A stretch of DNA of 64,000 nt from Rhizobium sp. Q54 (GTDB lineage: Bacteria > Pseudomonadota > Alphaproteobacteria > UBA828): assembly GCA_945892755.1 (NCBI GenBank), contig CAMDDO010000002.1, positions 58,418-122,417 on the forward strand, in the 5' to 3' direction. Of this stretch, positions 43,195 to 50,929 are shown in pieces. A model generated the notes under the pieces. It had not been told where the DNA came from. It searched no databases and worked only from the letters and a program-made list of their open reading frames with translations. The position numbers and the translations under genes were made by a program. Within the stretch, counting starts at the first letter, position 1, and every line of letters begins with the position of its first letter.

Positions 43195-44528
43195 GGTCTC
43201 CCCATGTCGACAGGTCGAAGCGCGCCTTCGGTCGGCAGGCTCTCGAGGATCGCGCGCGGCCATTCGACGCTAACCTGGGCGCCGCCGCCCTGGCGATTGT
43301 GAAAGGCGACGCGAGCGCCGGTGCGCTCCAGCAAGGTCTTCGCGATGAAGAGCCCAAGCCCGAGCCGCCCCTCGTCGCGTCGGGTCGAGAGATAGGGCTC
43401 GCCCAGCTCGGCGAGCAATCCGGGGGGAAAGCCCGGCCCATCATCGAGCACGTCGATCGCCACCTGCTTCTCGCTCCATCGGACCCGCACCTCGACCGCC
43501 TGCCGGCTGAACTCAACCGCGTTCTCGATCAGATTGCCTAGCCCATGCATGATTTCGGCGCGCCGCGCAATCTCAGGCTCGCGCGCCGGCGACCCGTCCA
43601 AGGGTTCTGGAACGATCCTTACGCCGCGCTCGCGTGTCCGGAGCGGCGCGGCGGCGGCCTCGGCGAGGGCGCTGATCGGCAGGCGGCCATAGGGCGAATC
43701 GAGCGCGCCCTGACTCAAGCCTGAGAGCCGCCCCAAGATTTCGCGGCAGCGTCCGGTCTGCTCGACCAGAAGACGCACATCGTCGCCGAGCGGACTATCG
43801 GCCGGCAGGTCGCGCGCGATCTCCTTGGTAACCAGAAGAATGGTCGAGAGCGGCGTGCCCAGCTCGTGCGCCGCCGCCGCCGCGAGCGCGCCGAGCGCCG
43901 AGACGCGCTGTTCGCGCGCCAGCGCGGCCTGGAGTGCGCCATAGGCGTCGACCATGGCGCGCGCCTCGGCCGAAACGCGAAAAGTATAGGCGGCGATGAA
44001 CACGGTGCCGAGCACGAGCGCCGCCCATGTTCCCGTCAAATAGAGCGCCGGCAGGAGCAGCGTCGCGCCTGCCCAGGGCAACGGCCAATGGAAGACCGAG
44101 ACCAGCGAAATGCAGATCAGGGCCAGCCCGCACAGCGCCATGGTCGAGCGCAGGCTGAGAATGGTCGCCGCGACCGTGACCGGCACGACGAACAGGAAGG
44201 CGAAAGGGTTTTGCAGCCCGCCGGTCAGGGCCAGCAGCACGGAGAGCTGAATCACGTCGTAACCGAGATAGAGCGCGGCGCCGGTATCGCCGAGCCGGGT
44301 CTGCGGTGGCCACAGCACCGTGCTGAGCAGATTGACCAAGGCGGAGAGGGCGACCGCGCCCAGCGTCGGCAGCAGGGGCAGCTCGAAGCCCAGCGTGAAA
44401 TGCACCGCGAGCAGACTGACCAGCTGCCCGGTAATCGCCACCCAGCGGATGAGAATCAGCGTGCGCAGGCGGATCGGCCCGCCCAGCGCGCGTGGGGTTC
44501 GGCTCTCGAGCCAGTTTGCGATCGCCAT
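43191..44528 (-). CDS. regB: Redox sensor kinase RegB/PrrB/ActS
   Basis: RLRTL..IRW, quinone-site motif TGGLQNPF, AAAAHELGTPL, redox Cys RCREIL, GLGLFIA. Confidence 0.96.
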   Translation of the reverse strand: MAIANWLESRTPRALGGPIRLRTLILIRWVAITGQLVSLLAVHFTLGFELPLLPTLGAVALSALVNLLSTVLWPPQTRLGDTGAALYLGYDVIQLSVLLALTGGLQNPFAFLFVVPVTVAATILSLRSTMALCGLALICISLVSVFHWPLPWAGATLLLPALYLTGTWAALVLGTVFIAAYTFRVSAEARAMVDAYGALQAALAREQRVSALGALAAAAAHELGTPLSTILLVTKEIARDLPADSPLGDDVRLLVEQTGRCREILGRLSGLSQGALDSPYGRLPISALAEAAAAPLRTRERGVRIVPEPLDGSPAREPEIARRAEIMHGLGNLIENAVEFSRQAVEVRVRWSEKQVAIDVLDDGPGFPPGLLAELGEPYLSTRRDEGRLGLGLFIAKTLLERTGARVAFHNRQGGGAQVSVEWPRAILESLPTEGALRPVDMGRP

Positions 44529-44539
44529 AGGCTGTTATA

Positions 44540-44610
44540 CCAAGCCTTGATGAGCCTGGCTCATCAAGGCTTGGCCGGCGCGACCGCGTTGCGCGTTTAG
44601 CGCGCGCCCG
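44540..44610. repeat. Dispersed structured repeat, copy B (truncated)
   Basis: Perfect 16-bp stem ccaagccttgatgagc-ctg-gctcatcaaggcttgg, then ccggcgcgaccgcg..gcgcgcgcccg. Confidence 0.8.
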
Positions 44611-44700
44611 AGCACGCGACACCCCCTTGGCGGCGAACCTCCAACAAGAGTCACGCGTCAATCTCTGGCACGAATCGTGTGCGCCGGGCGATAGTCGGGC

Positions 44701-45444
44701 ATGGCAACAGATGTGATCGTGGCCGAGACCATCAGCAAGCGCTTCGGCGCGGTCGTGGCGCTCGAGCCCATGAGCCTCAGGATCGCAGCCGGGGGTATTG
44801 TCGGGCTCCTGGGCGGCAATGGCGCGGGCAAGACCACCACCATGGCCATGCTGCTCGGGCTCTTGAGGCCGTCGAGCGGGCGGATCGAGATCTTCGGCCT
44901 CGAGCTCGAGCGGCACCGCTATGAGCTGCTGCCGCGCATGAACTTTTCCTCGCCCTATGTCGATCTGCCGCACCGGCTGACAGCGCTCGAGAATCTGCGC
45001 GTCTATGCCCGGCTCTACGGTGTCGTGCGGCCCGAGGCGCGTATCGCCGAACTCGCCGACGATCTCGACATCGGCAATCTCCTGCGCCGCCCGGTCGGCA
45101 AGCTCTCGGCCGGCCAGCGCACGCGCATCGCGCTGGCGAAATCGCTGATCAACCGCCCGGCGCTGCTCCTGCTCGACGAGCCGACCGCCTCGCTCGATCC
45201 CGACACGGCCGATTGGGTGCGCGGCTACATCCAGCGCTACCGCGCCGAATCGGGCGCCACCATCGTGCTCGCCTCGCACAACATGGCCGAGGTCGAGCGG
45301 CTGTGCGACGACGTGATCATGTTGAAGGCCGGCCGCCTGGTCGACCGCGACTCGCCCGCCGGCCTGATCGCGCGCTATGGCCGCCACACCATGGAAGAAG
45401 TTTTCCTCGATATCGCGCGCTCGGGCGCGCGTTCCGCACCATGA
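44701..45444 (+). CDS. ABC-2 type exporter ATP-binding subunit
   Basis: GGNGAGKTT, LSAGQ, LLLDEPT, ASH. Confidence 0.94.
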   Translation: MATDVIVAETISKRFGAVVALEPMSLRIAAGGIVGLLGGNGAGKTTTMAMLLGLLRPSSGRIEIFGLELERHRYELLPRMNFSSPYVDLPHRLTALENLRVYARLYGVVRPEARIAELADDLDIGNLLRRPVGKLSAGQRTRIALAKSLINRPALLLLDEPTASLDPDTADWVRGYIQRYRAESGATIVLASHNMAEVERLCDDVIMLKAGRLVDRDSPAGLIARYGRHTMEEVFLDIARSGARSAP

Positions 45445-45478
45445 CGCGCTCGGGCGCGCGTTCCGCACCATGACGCGC
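45416..45478 (+). repeat. Exact 29-bp tandem duplication spanning the ABC ATPase stop codon
   Basis: cgcgctcgggcgcgcgttccgcaccatga twice (45416-45444, 45445-45473) plus cgcgc. Confidence 0.95.
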
Positions 45479-45491
45479 GACCGAGGCAAAG

Positions 45492-45603
45492 CGCGATGAT
45501 CGCTCATCGAGACTTGGCCGGCGCGACCGCGCCGCGCCGCGTCAGCGGCGGAAGCCAAGCGCGCGGAGCGCGCGCCCGGCGCCTGAGGGCGCCGCGATGA
45601 TCG
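45492..45603. repeat. Dispersed structured repeat, copy C
   Basis: gctcatcgagacttggccggcgcgaccgcgccgcgccgc-gtca-gcggcggaagccaagcgcg..cccggcgcctgagg, flanked by the direct repeat cgcgatgatcg. Confidence 0.85.
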
Positions 45604-46433
45604 ATCACGATCATCGCCACACCGTCGAGCTCCGGCGCACCGGCCCGCTGACGCGGATCGGCGCGCTGGTGCTGCGCCATCTCTATCTCTTGCGCGGCTC
45701 GTGGCCGAGGCTCTTGGAGCTGATCTACTGGCCGACCGTCCAGATGATCCTCTGGGGCATGATTACCCAGTTCCTGGTGACCGAGAGCGTCTGGGTACAG
45801 CAGGCGGGCGGCGCGCTGATCGCCGGCGTGCTGCTGTGGGACGTGCTGTTCCGCGGCCAGCTCGGCTTCACGCTGGTGTTCCTCGAGGAGATGTGGTCGC
45901 GCAATCTCGGCCATTTGTTCGTCAGCCCGATCCGGCCGATCGAGATGGTCGCCGCGTTCATGCTGATGAGCCTGATCCGCACGCTGATCGGCGTCGGCGG
46001 CGCCTCGGTGATCGCGATCCTGCTCTATCACTATTCGATCTTCGACATGGGCCTGCCGCTGATCGCGTTCTTCTTCGGCCTGATCGTGATGAGCTGGGCG
46101 CTCGGCTTGGTGGTGAGCGCGCTGATCCTACGCTTCGGGCTCGGCGCGGAGAGCCTGGCCTGGTTCCTGGTCTTCGCGCTGGCGCCAATCAGTGGCGTCT
46201 ATTACCCGATCAGCGTGCTGCCGGATTGGGTCGAGCCGATCGCCTTCGCGCTGCCCTCCGCGCATATCTTCGAAGGCATGCGCGCGGTGCTGATCGATCA
46301 TGTGGTGCGCTGGGATTTGCTGCGCCACGTCTTCCTGCTCGACGCCGCCTATCTGGTGATCGGCGTCGCCGTGTTCCTGCTCGCGGTCCGCATCGCGCGG
46401 CAACGCGGGCTGTTGCACCAGGTGGGGGAGTAG
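45597..46433 (+). CDS. ABC-2 type exporter permease
   Basis: Six hydrophobic segments, EEMWSRNL, YYPISVLP.W, FEGMR. Confidence 0.92.
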   Translation: MIDHDHRHTVELRRTGPLTRIGALVLRHLYLLRGSWPRLLELIYWPTVQMILWGMITQFLVTESVWVQQAGGALIAGVLLWDVLFRGQLGFTLVFLEEMWSRNLGHLFVSPIRPIEMVAAFMLMSLIRTLIGVGGASVIAILLYHYSIFDMGLPLIAFFFGLIVMSWALGLVVSALILRFGLGAESLAWFLVFALAPISGVYYPISVLPDWVEPIAFALPSAHIFEGMRAVLIDHVVRWDLLRHVFLLDAAYLVIGVAVFLLAVRIARQRGLLHQVGE

Positions 46434-46439
46434 GGGCGG

Positions 46440-47474
46440 CTATACTTTGCCGCTCACACCGGCCTCTTCGAACGTCGCCATGCCGGAATGGCAGGCCAGC
46501 GCCGCGCGCACGATAAGCGCGGCGAGCGCGGCGCCCGAGGCCTCGCCGAGCCGCATCTCCAAATCGACCAGCGGCGCCATGCCGAGCGCCTCGATCAGGC
46601 GCCGATGGCCGGCTTCGGCCGAGCAATGCCCGATCCGGCAATGCGCGAGCGCGTTGGGCGCGAGTTTGGCGAGCGGCAGGGCGGCCGCGGTGCAGGTGAA
46701 CCCGTCAAGCAGCACGGGCACGCGCCCGAGCCTGGCGCCCAGCACCGCGCCCAGGATCGCGGCGAGCTCGCGCCCGCCGAGCCGGCGCAGCGCCTCCAGT
46801 GGATCGCGCGTCGAGGCGCCATGGCGCGCGAGACCCCCGTCGATCGCCGCGCGCTTGCGCGCGAGGCCAGCCTCATCGACGCCGCTGCCCCGCCCGGCCC
46901 AAGCCGCGCCGTCGCCGCCGAGCAATGCGGCCGCGAGCGCGGCGCCGCTCGTCGTATTGGCGATGCCCATTTCACCCAGGCACAGCAAATCCGGCGCCGG
47001 CTCGAGCGCGTCCATGCCGGCGCGGATCGCCTCGACGCATTCGGCCTCGCTCAGCGCCGGCGCTTCGGTGAAATCCGCGGTCGGCCGCTCGAGCGAAAGC
47101 GGCACGACGCGAAGCTCGGCTTCGAGCAGCCTTGCCAGCTGATTGATCGCGGCGCCGCCGCGCGCATAGTTTTGCACCATCTCGGCGGTGACCGTGGCGG
47201 GAAAGGCCGAGACCCCCTTGGCCGCGATGCCGTGATTGCCGGCGAAGACGACGATGCGGATGCGCGTGACGCTCGGGATCGCGCGGTCCTGCCAGCCGGC
47301 CAGCCAGAGCGCGAGCTCCTCGAGCCGGCCGAGCGAGCCCGGCGGCTTGGTCAGCGCGTTCTGGCGCTTCGCCGCCGCCTCGACCGCGCGGCTCGATGCG
47401 ACCGGCAGCGCCCGGCAGAGCCGGCGCACATCATCGAAACTCCCGATGGTTGGAAGCGAACCGGCATCGGTCAT
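46440..47474 (-). CDS. cobT: Nicotinate-nucleotide-dimethylbenzimidazole phosphoribosyltransferase
   Basis: LTKPPGSLGRLE, FAGNHG, GEMGIANTT, MRLGEASGA. Confidence 0.96.
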   Translation of the reverse strand: MTDAGSLPTIGSFDDVRRLCRALPVASSRAVEAAAKRQNALTKPPGSLGRLEELALWLAGWQDRAIPSVTRIRIVVFAGNHGIAAKGVSAFPATVTAEMVQNYARGGAAINQLARLLEAELRVVPLSLERPTADFTEAPALSEAECVEAIRAGMDALEPAPDLLCLGEMGIANTTSGAALAAALLGGDGAAWAGRGSGVDEAGLARKRAAIDGGLARHGASTRDPLEALRRLGGRELAAILGAVLGARLGRVPVLLDGFTCTAAALPLAKLAPNALAHCRIGHCSAEAGHRRLIEALGMAPLVDLEMRLGEASGAALAALIVRAALACHSGMATFEEAGVSGKV

Positions 47475-47575
47475 GGACGGCAGCCTTGGCGGGTGAGGGA
47501 AGCTATCCTATAACCCGAGCTATAACCCGTACCGACCAAGCGACCAAGCTGAGCCGAAGCCGAGGAAGCCCGCGC

Positions 47576-48412
47576 GTGGCGCCTGACCAGGATCCGATCG
47601 AAGATCGCGCCGCGCGTTTTGCCCGCGGCGTCGAGCGCGCGACCCGTGCCTGGCTGGTCGATCTCTCGGCCGCGTCGCGCCTGCTGACCCGCATGCCGCC
47701 GCTCTTGCGCCGGCGCTTCGGCGCGGCCGAAGCGGTTGCCGCGCCGGGCCCGATCGGGCGCGCGGTGCGGGCGTTTCCGGTGGTCGGCGCGGGCGTCGGG
47801 CTGGCCGCCGGCATCGTCTATTTGATCCTCCATGCCATCGGGCTGCCGGCCGCCATTGCCGGCGTCGTGGCGATCGCGATCAGCGCGCTCCTGACCGGCG
47901 CGCTGCACGAGGACGGGCTCGCCGATACCGCCGATGGCTTCGGCGGCGGCGCGACGCGCGAACGCAAGCTCGAGCTGATGCATGACAGCCGAATCGGCGC
48001 CTATGGCGTGCTCGCGCTCTTGCTCGTGCTCGGTGCCAAGCTCGGCACGTTGGTCGACCTCGAAAGCATCGGCCTGGTCTTGGCGGGCATGGTGTGCGCC
48101 GGCGCCTCGTCGCGCGCCCTCATGCCGCCCCTGATGCGCTGGCTTGAGCCGGCGCGGCCCGACGGGCTCGGCGCCAGCGCCGGAAGGCCGCCGGCGGACG
48201 CGGTGTTGACCGGACTGGCCTTGGCGGCCGTGCTCTCCCTCCTGCTCCTGAGCTGGTCGGGCCTGGTGGCTTTTTTGATCGCGGCACTGGGCGCGTTGGG
48301 CATGGCGCTCCTCGCGCGCCGCCAGATCGGCGGCCAGACCGGCGATGTGTTGGGCGCGACGCAACAAGTCGCCGAGCTACTTTTCTTGCTTAGCCTCGCC
48401 GCAATTCGATGA
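47576..48412 (+). CDS. cobS: Adenosylcobinamide-GDP ribazoletransferase (cobalamin synthase)
   Basis: TGALHEDGLADTADG, MHDSRIGAYG, GGQTGDVLGA; start uncertain. Confidence 0.94.
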   Translation: MAPDQDPIEDRAARFARGVERATRAWLVDLSAASRLLTRMPPLLRRRFGAAEAVAAPGPIGRAVRAFPVVGAGVGLAAGIVYLILHAIGLPAAIAGVVAIAISALLTGALHEDGLADTADGFGGGATRERKLELMHDSRIGAYGVLALLLVLGAKLGTLVDLESIGLVLAGMVCAGASSRALMPPLMRWLEPARPDGLGASAGRPPADAVLTGLALAAVLSLLLLSWSGLVAFLIAALGALGMALLARRQIGGQTGDVLGATQQVAELLFLLSLAAIR

Positions 48413-49053
48413 GCCAAGCGAACCGGCCGGTGGTCACCCGGTGGTGGTGGATTCGCCACGCGCCGGTGCGCAATCACGGCGGGCGTTGCTACGGCCAGAG
48501 CGATGTGCTGGCCGATGTGTCCGATGACGCGGCATTTGCGGCTCTCGCGCGTGCTTTGCCGCAAGAGGCGCTCTGGGTGACCAGCCAACTCACGCGCACG
48601 CAGCAAACCGCGAAGGCGATTGCCGCGGCTGGGCATTCGATCGGCGAGCCGCTGGTCGAACCTGATCTCGCCGAGCAGAATTTCGGTCTCTGGCAGGGCC
48701 GTCGTTACGAAGAGATCGATCAGGACCTTGGCGAGGCGCACAAATTCTGGATCGCGCCGGCGCATCACGCGCCGCCCGAAGGCGAATCCTTCCTCGACGT
48801 GATCGCGCGGGCCGGCGGCGCGATCGAGCGGCTGACCCGCGACCATGCGGGGCAGCACATCGTGGCGGTCGCCCATGGCGGTTCGATCCGCGCCGCGCTT
48901 CAGATCGCGCTCGACACCCCGCCGGAGCGCGCGCTCGCCTTCGCCATCGACAATCTCTCGCTGACCCGCATCGACCATGTCGACGGCCCCGGCCAAGGCG
49001 GTCAATGGCGCGTCGTCTCGGTCAATCTCTCGCCCATTCATCCGAAACCATAG
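48409..49053 (+). CDS. Histidine phosphatase (CobC/alpha-ribazole phosphatase-like)
   Basis: IRHA, EQNFGLWQG, GESF, AHGG; ATGA-coupled to cobS. Confidence 0.85.
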   Translation: MSQANRPVVTRWWWIRHAPVRNHGGRCYGQSDVLADVSDDAAFAALARALPQEALWVTSQLTRTQQTAKAIAAAGHSIGEPLVEPDLAEQNFGLWQGRRYEEIDQDLGEAHKFWIAPAHHAPPEGESFLDVIARAGGAIERLTRDHAGQHIVAVAHGGSIRAALQIALDTPPERALAFAIDNLSLTRIDHVDGPGQGGQWRVVSVNLSPIHPKP

Positions 49054-49056
49054 CCA

Positions 49057-49279
49057 AGCCGGCGGGGCTGAGTTAGCTTCGCTCCCGACGGCAAGACAGG
49101 GAAGCCGGTGCCGCGACCGAGGCCGATCGGCCAAGGGCGCTAGACCGGCGCTGCCCCCGCAACTGTGAGCGGTGAGGCTCGATCCTTCCGTGCGGATCCC
49201 CCGCACGGGCCACTGGCGCCAAGCGTCGGGAAGGTGGGATCGGGCTGATGAACCCGAGCCAGGAGACCTCCTTGCTGTC
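49057..49279 (+). ncRNA. Cobalamin (B12) riboswitch
   Basis: AGGGAAGCCGGTG..CCGG..CTGCCCCCGCAACTGT..GCCACTG..GGGAAGG..B12 box GAGCCAGGAGACC; directly upstream of cobU. Confidence 0.92.
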
Positions 49280-49306
49280 ACGGCAACGCGAATCCTCGGA
49301 GGGAGG

Positions 49307-49882
49307 ATGCCTGCGGCTTTATCTTCCGGCGCGGCCATGCCCGTGCCAAATCTCGATGCTTCGGCGAGGCTCGTGCTCGTCATCGGCGGCGCGCGCTCGG
49401 GCAAGAGCGCCTATGCCGAACGGCTTTGTCTGGCCTCGGGGCTGAGCCCGCTCTACCTCGCCACCGCCGAAGCGCGCGATGCCGAAATGGCGGCGCGCAT
49501 CGATCAACACCAGGCACGCCGGGGCTCGCTGTGGCGCAGTGCCGAGGCCCCGCTCGATCTGGTCGAGGCGCTTGATGCCCATGCCGGCGTCCACGCCATC
49601 GTGTTGGTCGATTGCCTGACGCTTTGGCTCTCGAACCTGATCGAAGCGAAGCGCACGCCCGAGGACGAGTCGGCGCGGCTGATCGCGACATTGCCAAAGC
49701 TGGCTGGCCCGGTCGTTTTTGTTTCAAACGAAGTCGGGCTCGGCATCGTGCCCGATAATCCGCTCGCGCGTCGCTTTCGCGACGAGGCCGGGCGACTCAA
49801 TCAACGCATCGCCGAGCTCGCCGACCGCGTGGTGTTCATCGCCGCCGGCCTGCCGCTCGTGCTCAAGGGAGTTGCCGCATGA
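49307..49882 (+). CDS. cobU: Bifunctional adenosylcobinamide kinase / cobinamide-phosphate guanylyltransferase (CobU/CobP)
   Basis: GGARSGKS, EMAARI..H..RR, VDCLTLW, SNEVGLG. Confidence 0.95.
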   Translation: MPAALSSGAAMPVPNLDASARLVLVIGGARSGKSAYAERLCLASGLSPLYLATAEARDAEMAARIDQHQARRGSLWRSAEAPLDLVEALDAHAGVHAIVLVDCLTLWLSNLIEAKRTPEDESARLIATLPKLAGPVVFVSNEVGLGIVPDNPLARRFRDEAGRLNQRIAELADRVVFIAAGLPLVLKGVAA

Positions 49883-50919
49883 ATGTTCCGCGTTCGACCG
49901 CGCGCGTGCCGACCACGGTGATCACCGGGTTTCTTGGCGCGGGCAAGACCAGTCTGATCCGCCATTTGCTATCCAGCGCCAACGGTCGGCGACTCGCCCT
50001 CATGATCAACGAGTTCGGCGATGTCGGCATCGATGAGGCGCTGCTGCGTGGGTGCGGCGATGAAACCTGCGCCGAGAGCGACATCATCGAACTGACCAAT
50101 GGCTGCATCTGTTGCACGGTCGCGGATGATTTCGCGCCGGCCATGCAAAAGCTTTTGGCGCGCAACCCGGCACCCGAGCACATCGTGATCGAAACCTCGG
50201 GGCTCGCTCTGCCCAAACCCTTGGTCGACGCCTTTAACTGGCCCGAGATCAGAACACGGCTCACGGTCGATGGCGTGGTCGTGGTGGTCGATGGCGAAGC
50301 GTTCAATCAAGGCCGCGTGGTTGGCGATGCCTTGCGTCTCGCGAAGCAACGTCAAGTCGACCCCGCGCTCGATCATGAAGATCCGGTCGAGGAGGTCTTT
50401 GTCGACCAACTCGCCTGCGCCGATCTGATCGTGCTCAACAAATGCGATCTGTTGAGCGCGACCGAGCGCGCGACCCTGGTCGAAAAACTCTTGGCGGTGG
50501 CGCGACTGGGCGTGCGGGTGCTCCAGTCGACCGGCGCCGCTCTGCCGATCGAGGCGCTGCTCGGCCTGGGCGCCGCGGCGGAAGCGGATATCGCCAATCG
50601 CCGCACGCTGCACGATGCCGAGCCCGAGCATAATCACGACGACTTTGAGAGCACGGTGATCGCGCTGCCGCCGATCTCCGATCCCGACGCCTTCGAGCGC
50701 CGTTTGGCTTCGCTCTTCACCGAGCTACCAATACTGCGCGCCAAGGGCTTTCTCGACGTGCCGGGCAAGGCAAGGCGGCGCGTGGTGCAGGGCGTCGGAC
50801 CGCGCATCGATGGCTATTACGACCGCGCCTGGGCAAGCGATGAAACGCGCACGAGCGAGCTTGTCGTGATCGGCCTGCGACCGCTCGATTGCGCCGCGCT
50901 CAAAGCCGCGCTCGCCTAG
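49879..50919 (+). CDS. cobW: Cobalamin biosynthesis GTPase CobW
   Basis: GFLGAGKT, NGCICC, IETSGLA, NKCD, His-containing linker. Confidence 0.95.
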   Translation: MNVPRSTARVPTTVITGFLGAGKTSLIRHLLSSANGRRLALMINEFGDVGIDEALLRGCGDETCAESDIIELTNGCICCTVADDFAPAMQKLLARNPAPEHIVIETSGLALPKPLVDAFNWPEIRTRLTVDGVVVVVDGEAFNQGRVVGDALRLAKQRQVDPALDHEDPVEEVFVDQLACADLIVLNKCDLLSATERATLVEKLLAVARLGVRVLQSTGAALPIEALLGLGAAAEADIANRRTLHDAEPEHNHDDFESTVIALPPISDPDAFERRLASLFTELPILRAKGFLDVPGKARRRVVQGVGPRIDGYYDRAWASDETRTSELVVIGLRPLDCAALKAALA

Positions 50920-50929
50920 ACCACGGCCA

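Noticed and set aside
45416-45603. Possible CRISPR array from the 29-bp repeats
   Set aside because: The two copies are directly adjacent with no spacer, and there are no cas genes.
49172-49306. Upstream extension of cobU
   Set aside because: It runs through the riboswitch; a strong SD precedes ATG 49307.
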